Source: Lingula anatina
Taxonomy: Eukaryota; Animalia; Brachiopoda
DNA length: 64,000 nt
Direction: 5' to 3'
Assembly: GCA_051362555.1 (NCBI GenBank)
Contig: CM120640.1
Coordinates: 17,174,001 to 17,238,000 of the forward strand
Position numbers and translations under genes: made by a program. A model generated the notes under the pieces. The model made no database searches and had not been told where the DNA came from. It saw only the letters and a program-made list of their open reading frames with translations. Positions 35,894 through 49,400 of this stretch are shown here, one piece after another (position 1 is the first letter of the stretch; each line of letters starts with the position of its first letter).

Positions 35894-38800
35894 TTTCAAG
35901 AACTAGTTGATCTGAAACTTCATGACAAAATGAGTCATTCATTCGATAGGCCAAAAAAGTAGAATAATATATGAGAAGAATATAGGAGCGGGTTTTTTAT
36001 TGTGAAATGGGGTTACCATGGTATGGGGGCGCTTAGGGCACCAAGAGACCTCAATCCGGTCCTGAGTGACAATAAGCATAAAGGCACTTTCAAAACATAG
36101 AAATCAAAGGAATTGATATTTTTTCATTTCTTGAATTTAACTTTGTGGTTTGCTTAAAAGCAATTTTCATTAGAGCAGCTGGGTAATTCGTTGATAAATA
36201 CACCTCCTGCGCATGCGTCAATAATTCAATCAATTGAAGGAACAGAGGAAAATAGAATTGATAGCTCAAGCAAAAAATCTATTCTTCGGAGAGCTTGCTG
36301 CACAGGAAATCAGCCTGGTACATCAAAAAGAACGCCAATTGCAGCTTAAGAGAATTCAATCAAACTGCCAGCCAGGTCACAATGAGAAAAGTTGCACACT
36401 GAGATTAAATAAGTTTTTTGGACATCAATCTCGGTTGTTCTTCAGTGTTCACCATTGCTGCAACGTCTAAACATTTTCATCAAATTGAATACACTGTAAT
36501 GGATCTTCATAGACCTTAACACACAGTCACTGCGTAATCCTGTTGAGAACAATAGAGAAAGCCAAAGCCAAAGTTCGTTCTTTTCTGTACTTGCAGATAA
36601 CTGCGGAACTATACACAATGCTGCGACAAAGGGAAATAAAATGTTTCCTTTACTTAGAAACGTGCTGTGATAGAATATCGACCGTTCATTAGCACAGCTG
36701 ACGAAAGGTCGCTCTTTATTGATAGAGAATTTGATCTGAGCGATGCGGGGATAAAAGATAGATACATTGCAATTACCCTAACACGGATGGGTTTTGTTCC
36801 ATGCTTTTACTTATAAAAATAGATGAACGTATAAATAATAAATATATTCAAACTGGCGCCATTTGTTTATTTTTCTCCTCATAAAAATGCTTTGTCATCG
36901 TACATTCTCAAATGATGTCGTTTCGATTTAATCTACTGTATCCAGTATTATTACGTGCATTGAATAAAAATTCATATGGTTACAAGAGCTCCACTGTGGA
37001 TGTTTATCAATGCAAAGTGCTTAGAAACATTTATTTGTAATGGCACCAGCCTTCTATGATTTTTTTTTTTGACACAATCACCTTTTGTTAGAACTACGGT
37101 TAAGCATCGGGTGACAAAGACTGAGAATTGTGCAATTAATTTTTAGAGTCTTTCAACACTAGGTCGACAACTTAATGATAATTATTACGCATCCAACTGA
37201 ATTGGCATCAACTCCAATCTTTGTATCTCTATCTTGGCCAAAAGAAATACGCTTTGACAGACAGCAAGTACAGATGGGGATTCCATTTATCTATATATGG
37301 GAACGAAAAGTTGTCTGCTTCAGGTAAACATCACCAACGCCGCGCTAAAGAACGTAACAAAAAACAAAGGCATCTAAATGTTATTGTATCCATGTAGAAT
37401 AATCGACTATCATTATCTACACAGAGTTATAGTTAAAATCCTGAAAACTAAGGAAAATCAACATTAGCACGTAGTGGCCACTTAAGCGATGCTTTTCATA
37501 TCGCCATGAATTCAAAGGACCAACAAAGGGAAATGGGACTTTGTTTGTTACAACATATTATGATACCAATTGCTAAAAAGATTTTCTTCCTATCATTTCA
37601 ACAACCAGGACCATCGCCACGGTAAACAGTTAAGTAAACGAATCTGTTCAACACAGCCACAGTAACGGCACGAGCGCTCATACAACCTCGGGGATGTGTA
37701 AAGTTAATTCACCTCACTACGCCAAACAGATGGGCTTGGTTTGGATATAGATTTCTGTGCCCGCTGAGAGCCGATAGACCTCAGCGAGTCTGTTGGTTCG
37801 ATTTTCTGCCTTGCCGATGCTAGCATTGCTTTTACACTTGAATAGCAGAGGCGTACTATTTTTGCTTTTGATTTTTTTACAACGTAAATTGAGGCATTGC
37901 TTTCTTATTTAGCCTGGAAATGGCGTGTAAATAAGTAAGTAGTTATTAAGTTCAGTCAAGATAAAGACGCGCGCTCTGTTTTTATTTAGTCGATATTATC
38001 TAGACCGATAAGTAATATACTTTCATTTGGATTGGCTCATTACTTATGAAAATGTAATCTGCCGTAAACATGAGGGTGTGTGAATGGACACGTGTCCTAG
38101 TGTGTCCATGTTTGTCTATTGGTTACGTGTGAGTGCTCAGAGGAGGGCTTAGATATACATACATCATGTTAATGATTATAAATAAGTCCTGCAATCTCCT
38201 TACCATAACCAAACGTTAAAAAGGTAAAAATCCGCACAAAGTATAGTTTTACACAGTGGCGCCATGCGAGGAATTTTCGAAATGTCATTACTTTGGCATT
38301 CCAATTTCCGTTCATATTATCACTCAAGAGGGAGTCTTGCTGGGGAGTATCAATAATTCATTCGTGCTTCTCCATTGAAAAAATACCCATACGATTATAT
38401 GCATTTCCCATTTCGCGTAGTGTTGGCTGTGAATACAAACAGTAAAATGGTAATTTTCGTCGGTTTAGTTGGCTACAATTGGCAATCAGGCTGCGAATGA
38501 ATTCTCGTAATCGTTTGGGTAATAAGGACCTGGTGGCTAGTTATTATAACGACCCGGAACACTATAGGAGTCACATTGCGGCCAACAGGAGATGGAGATT
38601 GGTAATGAATGTTGACATATCCGAGTTTTGCGTGCATACCCGTGGTATACAAAATTATAGGAAAAACGCTCTGTAAAATCAAGTACACGGAGACCAGCTA
38701 ATATATTGGCGACAAAGAAAAAGTATGGCTAAATTTTTGTAATCCTTTTTTGTTAAATTCAATAAACCATTACAGTTAGAAGAAACACGACTATTAGGGA

Positions 38801-40484
38801 TATGCAGAAGCAAAGGTTTAAAGATTCTGATCCAAGCATACCCTCTCCCGCCACGCGCGCGCGTGCACACACACACCATGAACATTGGAACATCATCGTG
38901 ACGCAATCCACCTCATGAGGTTCAGTAAACTAGCCGCAGACCGAGAAGATATTGAATATTGTGACAATAATGCAAGCTGTTATACAATTTTATTGATAAA
39001 ACGTTAGTCAAATTTGCTGCATTTACTCAACCAATACTCTGTACTGATACTCTGCTTAATTTGTTCTCTTAATTTCTGCGCTTTGGGCTGTCTTAGATAA
39101 GATGTCTAATAATCTGTGTCCGCCCCGTTTGCACTATATTAACGCTCGAAAGCGGAGTTCTTTCCGCCTTCTTAAACGAACTCTGTTGGAATTTCCATTT
39201 TAGAAAGTTTCATTCGCTTTGACCTGACCGAAAATAGTTCTAAATATTCAATTTGCGTCTCTGCCGCCTAAAAAATGCAAATAGATTAAACAATTAGCAC
39301 TTGACTAATCATATCCCTATCGCCAAGAAATGGGATTAATTTGCGGAGTACTGTTTCCATTAAGTGTCTAATCTATTGAAAAAGTCATGTAATCTTAAGA
39401 CGTTAACTTTGTTAAGTTGGTTTGTCTTCTTTTTTTCGATTTTATTGCTGTTAACTCGAGTTGTGAATATTCCGTATGACTAATCTTTAAGTGGAGTGCG
39501 TATTTGCATTCCACTTAACAGAAGCGCGCTACATTGTATAGTTTTTCGTAAATACATACGAGAGACTCCCGGTAACCGCACAGAGTGAAAGTAATTACGC
39601 GGGGTGGACGGGTTAATCTCCTCTCGGTCCTCATTGGTTTGGAAAAATTACCTAACATTTCGAGACGAAGGCCGAAATCATTGTGAAAATAGTCATGTCT
39701 TAATGAAGATCGACATGCAAGTACGGCGCTGAGCGAGGTTACTTTTTATTTTCTACCTGTAGGTTGCCGGAACACGAGATGACCTGCCCACGGGCGTTCC
39801 TTACTCGCTATCTGTTATAAGTACCTTACGAACATAAATAAACAAGCGTGGTGGATGGGATGTGGGGATTTGTATAGCTAGTAGCGAGGGCAAAAGCGTG
39901 ATCTCAATGGCAGCTAAAGGACATATGCGGCAGCCCCTGGTATGGATTGAGATTTAAAACAGAGACAGCCACGTTCATAAATTTATTTGATCCCGGTTGT
40001 CAATACGATAAGTATATACCGTCTACTTATTGGATCTTCTTTTAGAACCTGAAAAAAAAACGATAAACAGCATTTTGGTTTAACGCTAATGGAGACAGCT
40101 GTCGCGAAACAAAAAGAAGAAAAGGTTTTATTTATTTCTGTGATTCCTGCAGGCGCTTCAGCAACACGCCGGTTTCGTTTTCAGGGAGGCCACGGATACT
40201 TGGAAAGCAGTTTCAGACCGTTGCGGTCATCATGACTGTTCTAAACTAATTTAAACAAAAGCAAATAGACACATCTGTTGCAGCAACTGCTACGGAAAGA
40301 ATGTGCACGTTTCAACCCCAGTTGCTACTGGGAGAGATCATCCTCCAATCTTTCCCGTAGATAACTGTGTACGAAGATGGATGAAGGGATTCTAGGAGAC
40401 GGCAAGATAGATCGCTCATTGCTTAGATTAAGCCGGTTCGGTGAAGTAATAACACAGCTGGTCATTTGAGAAAAACTCGGCTTG

Positions 40485-43400
40485 ATGGGTGGTCACGGCA
40501 TTCCTTCGTTTCTCTGGCTCGCACTATCTCTCTATCTACGGTACGTTGAGTCGACAGAGGACAACAGGACGGCGCTCTACATCGCTGGGTTGTTCCCTTA
40601 CAACTATCAAGGTGAAGAGGGTAAGATTGGGCGTGGGGTGCTGCCTGCCGTGTACCTGGCCCTGGGGCACATCAATGCCAGGCCGGAACTCATGCCGGGG
40701 CACCGCCTGGAGCTGCATTGGCACGATTCACAGGTAAGAAAACGTGCGGTTTGTCAGTATGAGGGAGGATAGAGGGAAGAAGGGAAGAAAAAACGGAGGG
40801 TTCACTCAGTGAATCTCTTCGATAAACTGAGTTGAATCAACCTTAATTTTGATTTTTCATTCAAAAGAGAATACTATATTTAATAATAGTGAATTGACTC
40901 TAATACTCGTATCGAGCACTGAGATATGGGGGGGGGGGGGGGAAGGGGAGGGGGAAGGGGGCTACGCTGGTTAGACACACACATTGTTTGCAAGTTAATG
41001 GTGAGGACTATTCACGCGGTTTCGCTATCAGTTCTGTTGGTTGATCCTTTCGAACATGTTGTCTATTCCAATAAAGCATAATAACCGCAAAGAATAAAAC
41101 AGCCATCATCAGTAATAAAGAATGATACTTGATGGAAGCAGGTTTCTTATGGATACTTTCCTATGTTACATAATTTTTACCATATATAAATAAATATAGT
41201 TTTATTATTCTCAACACCGCGGACCCTTACATCAATACAAAGCAGTTGTCAAAAAGTGCTTCCTAGGCTAGAACGGCCCAGGCAAATAATTGGTGAAATG
41301 ATTCACCAGAGTACTCTAATGCAATTTAGTAAAAGGCAGTCCTTACGTTGAAATTAAGCAGCTTATGGATGTGGAAGATGTATCGAATCGTACAAAACTG
41401 TCATAGGACCGCGTTCCCCCTTCATAAGGCTTATGAACTCTGTTCGATATGATGCATTCGTAACAAACGCAGCTAAAAAGATTCAGGGGTTGTTTTTGTC
41501 ATAAGCATTGATCATGGAAGGAAGACTTCTCATTAATTTCCCAGCGTTTCATAACCCTCAGGCTGCATCTTTGTATGCACTCTACTCCGCTATCATTAAC
41601 ACCTCTGACGGCGCTTTGTTTCAATTTCCTTCATAAAATAATATTCCATTTCGTTTCTATTTGTCCGACTGAATTATCTGTATTGGATCCCATATAAACA
41701 ATATACAACCATCTGTGCTTCAAAACTCAACTCTTGCGTATGCACATGCCTTATCTTTAAAATCATATTTAAGAAATAAGCCAGGATAAAGAATAAATAT
41801 CGTTATTGTACCAGTCCATGAATATTGCATGCTGCTGAGGTAGAGACGACTAATACGATTACTGTTGCAGAGTGATTATTAGTTACATTCTGACTGCATC
41901 CCGACTTTAGCTTTCTCGTGAATTGTCTCCATCTAGGTTTATTCACCGTGATGTATGGGAACACTGCTTAAAAGCACGTTTAAAAATTCAGTAGTTTAAA
42001 AGAGACCATTATGAAGCAGAATTATTACCGACCTGTTAGACTGTTGATTAGTTTACAAAAAAAAAAAAACTGGTGTGATGTCTCGCATGTGGAGGAAAGT
42101 TGAATGCCCTTTTTAGAAGCAGAATAATATTGTAATTCCGATTTGTGTGCTTTGTTTTGTAACACTTGTAGCCTGCAAAATATTGCCGTTTGTCTCAAAA
42201 TATGTCAGGTTACCATCAGAAAATTATCTACCGTCGCTGCCTTTTACTCTGAGCTTTGAGATTGGTCTATGACTGCATTTTGTGTATTATTTTTGAAATC
42301 TAAAATATCTCTCTTGTGCACAGCCCTACTATACATGGCGAACCAAACCCGTCTCCAATACACTATTTCTCAAACTACGAAACACGTTCTTACACGCTGT
42401 TACATATACTATGACACCACTGTTGGCATCTAATGCTGACCAGTTTCAGCGAATTGAACCCGACCTACCGGCTTAGCAGGGAATAATGCAGTCGTTGTTT
42501 AAATATTTACACACTCGATGGACAGACACGAATATTGACAGAGCGTAATTACTAAATAAAAATCAGTTCTATTTGTTGATCAACACCGGATATTAAACTG
42601 ATTTTGTTTCCCATGCGATATTTATCAAAACTTGGCAACACTGAAAATATATACGCAGACGCACGCAATCCAGTGAAAGAGTACGGGAGGCAGTCACCTT
42701 TGTTAATCGAATAATATTACCGTATATTCATACTTCTAAGAAAAATAACTTAGCAAAAGATATTGTGAAATGATTGCGAAATCCCCTCGGCAATCGATGT
42801 ATTCAAGTGTGAACTTTGACACGCAATGGGTTGTGTAATTACAATTTGGTGACAAACACCTAGAATCTCATAATGTCTTCGTGTCGTTAAGGTTCACAGT
42901 GTCTGTCACATCAGGTTTCCAGTAAGCGAAGCATAGCCCTTATCATGTGTGACACATCTCCCGTGAACACGTATACGATATCGTACGTATATGCACAAAG
43001 ACACATTAGCTGGCGCGGGAGCACACACAAACACACGCACGCACACCTAAAATCATGTTAAATGAGCCAATCTTTCATCAGAAAAGATCTTTGCATCGAA
43101 CCCTTGCCGGATAAAGATGGCTTTTACCATACGCGTATCTGTGGCTATCTGTGCAGCAGCTTCCAAAATAGCAACAAGTCTATAACCTTAATGTTATATG
43201 TGGAATTGTGCAGCCCAATTTGCTTTTATTTTCATTTTTACAAGTCTGTACATAATGGATTGTGTCCATCTTTCTAATCTTCTACTCAAACCATAAATAT
43301 GTGCAATGCATGATGCCATTTCTTATTATCACATTGGCTCTAACACTCAATGTTCTTTAGGAACGTTTCAGAAAAATCAGGGATTCGGAGCCGCGCACCA

Positions 43401-46400
43401 AGGATCAAACTTCAGGATATTTAATTAACCTTTTCTATCTCTATCACCAGGCAATGCATTTCTCTTAACTAGTGTTAATTAATAAGGTTAAGTGCGTATT
43501 CGATTCCTAATAGATTTATCTTTACGAGTCGAAGGCACAGGGTGCGTTAATTGAATATTTCTTTATTCATTCGTCTATTTGATTAAATATTTTTTACCAA
43601 AGTAAGAGGAGTTTTATCAAAGCAGATTTAATCTTGATAAGATTTAAGATTTCCACTAACTGAGTTGTTAAAAAGAAGGAAAAAGCTATAAAATTTGAGA
43701 TCACCCGTGCCGCCACCCATAGTGGTCACAGATGGCCATGATCTTCAGTGAAGCCAGCACAAATTTCAAAAAAAATCTTGACAACTTTTAAGGCCTGGCT
43801 TAATTACTTTAGGTATGTTGACATTGGGTATTACAAAAAAGTACGCGATCAAAATCTGCATTATTATATGAAGTATTTCGTGCCAAAAACTCGCTCACTG
43901 TACCTTTAAAATAGTGATGAATCTTGAGTTAAATTCTCAACAGTATTGCATTCTAGACTTTGAATGGTAAAGGACTTCGGTGCTTTGCAAGATACAATGA
44001 GAATGAAGGCATCATGGTTATCTTACTTGATCGTTCCTGACGCTAGGGATATAGCCTGTTAAAGTACGACCTTCAGAAACAGTGCATGCAAACACAGCAT
44101 TAGAATACGCTGTCAGATCCGAACAGGCCCGTATGAATAGATATTGACTGATGGATCCAGACCGATGGAAATAAAAAAGCTAAAACTGAATTAGAAATGA
44201 CCGAATGGACAGCGATGTCCATGGACAGAGCTAACTCAGTTAGAAGATCAAATGTCATTTAGGAATCCGATAAAGATTTCCATTATTTTGCTCAAATGAT
44301 CTGTCACAAAAAATAACATTCAAATAGATGTACCATTAATGACGTGCCTGCGCTTCTCGCTGCACTTGTCAAGTTGATATATGGACCTTGGACAAGGCAC
44401 TCATTTTTGTAATGAAATATACACATTGATAATGGCTAAATCAAGGGGGACCAAAGAACGTTTACCTCCGGGAGAAACAGTATTTTCTTTACCGTACATC
44501 CAATTAATGATGGTGAACCCGGACTAAGCTTATCACATTTTTTAATTGGCAATTTACTGAGAAATCTGTGCAGAGTTCTGGAGAGCGGTCGAGTCTTGTG
44601 GATTGAAGATGAATATGAAGTAAGCGGGTTTCGGATTATGATAACCACCGCAATCCAATCGTTGAATGGTGATTGCTTATCATCATTCATATTAACTGGT
44701 CGTGCCGTGGAAATAATTTCAGAGATATTTTCATAACTTCTACAAATTACGATTTTATGTAATAATAGAGGTTCCAATCCCCCGGGGAATTTCCATAGAA
44801 TTAACAGCTATGTGTAAGTGCTGTATTAGACTCCCCAAACACCACAGTCCCAATGATGAAACAGAACCATATGCTATAACGCAATTACAGTGTATGCCGT
44901 AATAATGTAGCCTATGTGATTTACACGTTAACGTTAGCAGTTGCTGCACATTGCAATCTCTGCATATTCGAAACCATTATGGCAATCAAAAGGACGTCTA
45001 ATTTTTTTCCATTTGCGAGGTAGCCCTTCCAAATACAAAACTTTGACTATGTGCTAAACTAATAGGCCCATGTCTCCATTATGTCTGAATGGATCTTATG
45101 TAGATGATGAAACCGATTAGTATTTTGCTTGGAATTAAGCAGAGCATCGCAAACAGCTATTTTAACTGGTGCATTATTATCATGTATGATTAAAGTAGTT
45201 TGTAAATGCAGGAACCGCACACACTAAGGGAGTTCTAAGTCATACAGCATGTCTAACCGCCGTGTATAATGTTAAATCGTACAACTGTTTCTGGTTCGTT
45301 GGCTCTTTTGCCCTCTCAATTGTTGAGAATATCAATACACTATATTATGTAATTCATCCAAAATTTGAAATAGATTTGTACTTGACGTCTGAGATTATCC
45401 GTTTAGATCCCAGAGAATACAACAAAATTCAGAGGTTGCCAGTTCCGTTCCTTGAATCACATTCCCATTCCCCGTTTTATTTTGATTGATTCTCTCAAAT
45501 AATGACCATATCAAAATAATGATCGAATACGGGGGAAGCTATGAAGTTATTAACAATAAAGCAGATATGATAATTCTCATTTAATTGACCATTATGTCTA
45601 GGTTTATTAGATGGACTTTTATGCCTGTAGGCATAGACGCAGCTTACCTCTGCCAATTTTCAGCAAGTTTCAATGACACCGGCCTTGACAGCCATGCCTT
45701 TTTGTCCTGTCATGTATGTTATGTTACACTGCTGATTAGTTTAAAAACTGGTGTGATGTCTTGCATGTAGTGGAAAGATGAATGGCCTTATTTAGCAGCA
45801 GTAAGATGGCATTCAATCCTTGAAAACATACAGTAATTTACGGTGGGTGCAGCTGCAAACAAGAAATATAAATGCAAAAGGCTTCTTATACCAAAACTGA
45901 CAGCAGAGCTTAAATCGATTCAATCCGACACGTTATTGTTACCAACGACTTGTTCCAATTAATTCACTTAACTTGGACTGGACCGAGGGTTGTGAAATAT
46001 TCATACGCCACGATGTGTCACATACATATATTCACAAGGGAAATGAAATTTTCAACACTCCCAGAACGACAATGGCTCCATGGGTGTGTTTTATCTCCAC
46101 AAGTCTTTTTGATGAATATCTATAGAAATAAAGATATTAACAAATTCTGCAAATCTCTATCAAGTAATTATGATTTTCGATGTCGTGATGCTACCAAGAG
46201 CACTTGTACACAGCAATTGATTATTACACTGACCACATTGAATATTCCAATAATGAGTTCTTTATCTTTAACTAGCTCATGCTTGGACATGCGTTTCAAA
46301 CCGCGTCATTTAGAAAGAAAACTCATATCTTCAGGTTTTAATACCGTAAACATCCCTTTTTGCGTTATATTTTAACTTGTTTATACTAATCCACCTTCTG

Positions 46401-49400
46401 TTTATTTCAAACTTCGATTATTTATTTACTTTTTACTTGTTGGTATAATTTGTGTTAGACTGAACTCGTGTTATGTTAAATATTCTAACCAGTTTTTCAA
46501 AATTATATTAATATACATGTTGTAATAATCGCCTTTTCATCTCTAGTACGCACATCCTGGCCAGAAATTTACTAAACGCCTTCTACTTGTGTTAAATACA
46601 TGTTATATGGCGGTTTCCTGGACATTACCTGTTTAACGACGCGCTTGCAGACAAAGGTGCCTTTAGGCTTTCACCTTGTAAATATAATGTACGAAAAGAT
46701 TTGTATAATTATGAGCTGTTCCGTATTCTACTTGATTTTGGAAGACCCTTGTTGATCTTGAGTTCGAGCACCAGTAACATTATTGTTACGTGTCGAGATC
46801 TTCTAACGTTATCATGTCAAGAACGTTATTTGTCTGGCGGCAAAATAATGATGATTTGTACGACGAGTTATACATATACATGTACATTGTTGTCAGCAGG
46901 ATCTTCTTTAGATGAAACATTGATGATAGCCGTGTGTTGTTTTCAATTTTCTATTTGGAAAAGTGCTTGTTTCTTTAGTTGGCATTAAAATCTGTTATGC
47001 GTGGACACATACATGTCTCTATTGATAATGCTTTACGTACTGTAACCGACTCTCAATCACGTCTTATTGTCATTTGTTTGGTAATAAAACACTGGTGATT
47101 TTCTCATGTCTTAATTAGAATGCAATTTGTTGCATTCTAGTCGGAAATCATTTGATGTAGTGATTGGCAATGAAAAATTGACGTACATCTCTGAAGTCGA
47201 TTAAAGGAATCCCAGTGTATGCAAAATGACACATAATTTGTAGTCAAGAGATTTTTGTTTCCTAGTGTCTAACTGAACCGTAAAATAGGACATTCAGAAA
47301 TGTTTCGTTTTGGTCATGAATATGATTTCCATCTTGTATGCAATTATTTTGTTGCTGACTGCTGTAAAGCAGAGATAATATGTTTTTGCCTCCCAGCGGG
47401 CTTCATTTCTCTTTATTACATTACCGTTTTGTTTTCAATCCACGACAGAAACCAATTATCCTAAAACAATGGAATATTACCACAATTTAATGTAAATGAG
47501 AATCGGAAGCAAAGGAACAATTAATCAGATGATTTTCAATTACTCGTTTCACTCACTCAATTTTCCCTTTCGTGATCATCCTAATAGAGCAAGCCAGTCT
47601 TCGGAACTTTTAATTACCGAACAGACACTACAGCATGCCTTAAAGGTTTCGAAAAATGATAATCCGGGATAATGGGATAAATGATATATGCAGGTGAAGG
47701 GAAGATTTAGATTTATAACACCAAATTGACAAAAATGAAAGATGGAAAGAAGAAAAGGTGGGTGATCTTTTGGTCGATTGTGCATGGGTTGCCTTGTTGG
47801 TTGACTGCTTGGTTGGATTGATGTCTGGATCGATGACAAATGAATGAAATGCATCCTGTACCCATAGATTGAGGCAATCTGTTATCTTTTCCTTATGCAA
47901 TTGGAATTCGACTCCAAGCACTGGATAAAGAAGTCAACTAGACCAATCTAGTCTGTTACAATGGAGTTAGAATGCATAACACATGCCAGCCAACACATAG
48001 TAGTCAGAACAAATTAATCTTGACGGAGAAATAATAGAAATGCACACGGGAAGTATATTTCTTATACGGCGTTCCAAATTATGTAAATAGAACAATGATC
48101 GGAGGTCAATGATCTAAGCATTTTACCTGAACAGGAATCGTACAAACACGCTGAACATTTTTGTCTGCCACAAAACCATCAAAGTCCATGTATTAATGTA
48201 CGTCGTTTTAACTTAAAATTTGTTCTCACTAAATGTTCATTTTGTGGAACTGCTGGATCGCTGTGATCATGTTGCGAGTTGAGAGACTAAACTCCCTGTA
48301 ATTTTCTCTCAGCTCAGTGTGCCCGTCTGCAAAAGAGAGCTTGCTGCCTACTTTGAAGAGTTGAGTCAGGGTATTGTTTTATTGATGATACAAAGAATAA
48401 GACGGCACGCGTTTTTTTTATCCTGATGGCGGTCTGTATAACTCAAATATATATATCATATCAGTGGTCTTGATTGAGTTCAAACCATAGAATGACCTGT
48501 AGTGTTGCGCCCATTAAAGATCCACTATCATAACATACAAGTTGAGGTTGAGAATTAATTAAATCGATGCCCATGAAAAATAATGATGAAATCACCGTCT
48601 TGCACACAGTGTTTTGAAGAGCTTGTGTGCAAAACGCGTATTCCCTTGCCTTGCACTTTGGTAGAACTAATTATCTAAATCTGATTCATCTAAAAAGGTA
48701 TAGACTGATGATGGTACTTGTTTTTCTTTGATTTTCTCACAAATCTGAGGACGTAAATGAACATTTACAGCCATATCATCGTTGTGTATGGTGATGATGC
48801 GTCATAACAAAATATGGATTACGAGTGAGATAATGCTCTGTCACCCGAGCGATATAGCCACGGTCACGTAACATCTCTAGATATGTATTGTCAAATGTGA
48901 TGTGGAAATATAGTGGCCTGTTTGCAAAGAATAAAGCCATAGACCCTATATGTAGAGAAAAACAAACAGATTTTGTCAAGCGCTTACCAGTGACATTTTA
49001 ATGTATTGAATATTCTTTATGTTTTTTATGTGAGCAGTGTGACATGGCTATTGGGACCAAATTCTTCTTTGACATGTTGAACAATGAGACCTTGACCCCT
49101 ATGGTGATCTTGTTCGGCGACGCCTGTTCACAGGTGACGGCACCCCTGGCCGAAACAGCCAAATTTTGGAAAATGTTGCAGGTTGGTCAAGCACTTGTTA
49201 TTTGTGAAAACATTAGGGTCTCTTATCCAACTGTTTATTTTCAACGCTATACGTTTTCAGACCATTCCACATTCAAGAATTCCTTGCATATCGTTCAATC
49301 AGTGCTAATTCTCATCAGTGCGACGCTGCAAAGTTCCTCAGCATAATGTATATTTTTTCCGACGACAGATTTCAGAGCTGAAATTATTCATTTTTTTTTA

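Noticed and set aside
37745-37820. tRNA or SINE-like B box GGTTCGATT
   Set aside because: No A box or cloverleaf could be built.
42445-42481. Minus-strand tRNA-like fragment (CTGCTAA..GGGTTCAATTC)
   Set aside because: Only a partial anticodon/T-arm resemblance with no acceptor stem; at most a decayed SINE head.
44206-44232. REST/RE1-like half site CCATGGACAG in a neural gene intron
   Set aside because: The left half (TTCAGCA) is absent, and a short match is expected by chance.
45950-46375. 141-aa ORF and other 60-113 aa ORFs in the GABBR2 intron
   Set aside because: No domain-like features or linked splice sites; consistent with random ORFs.
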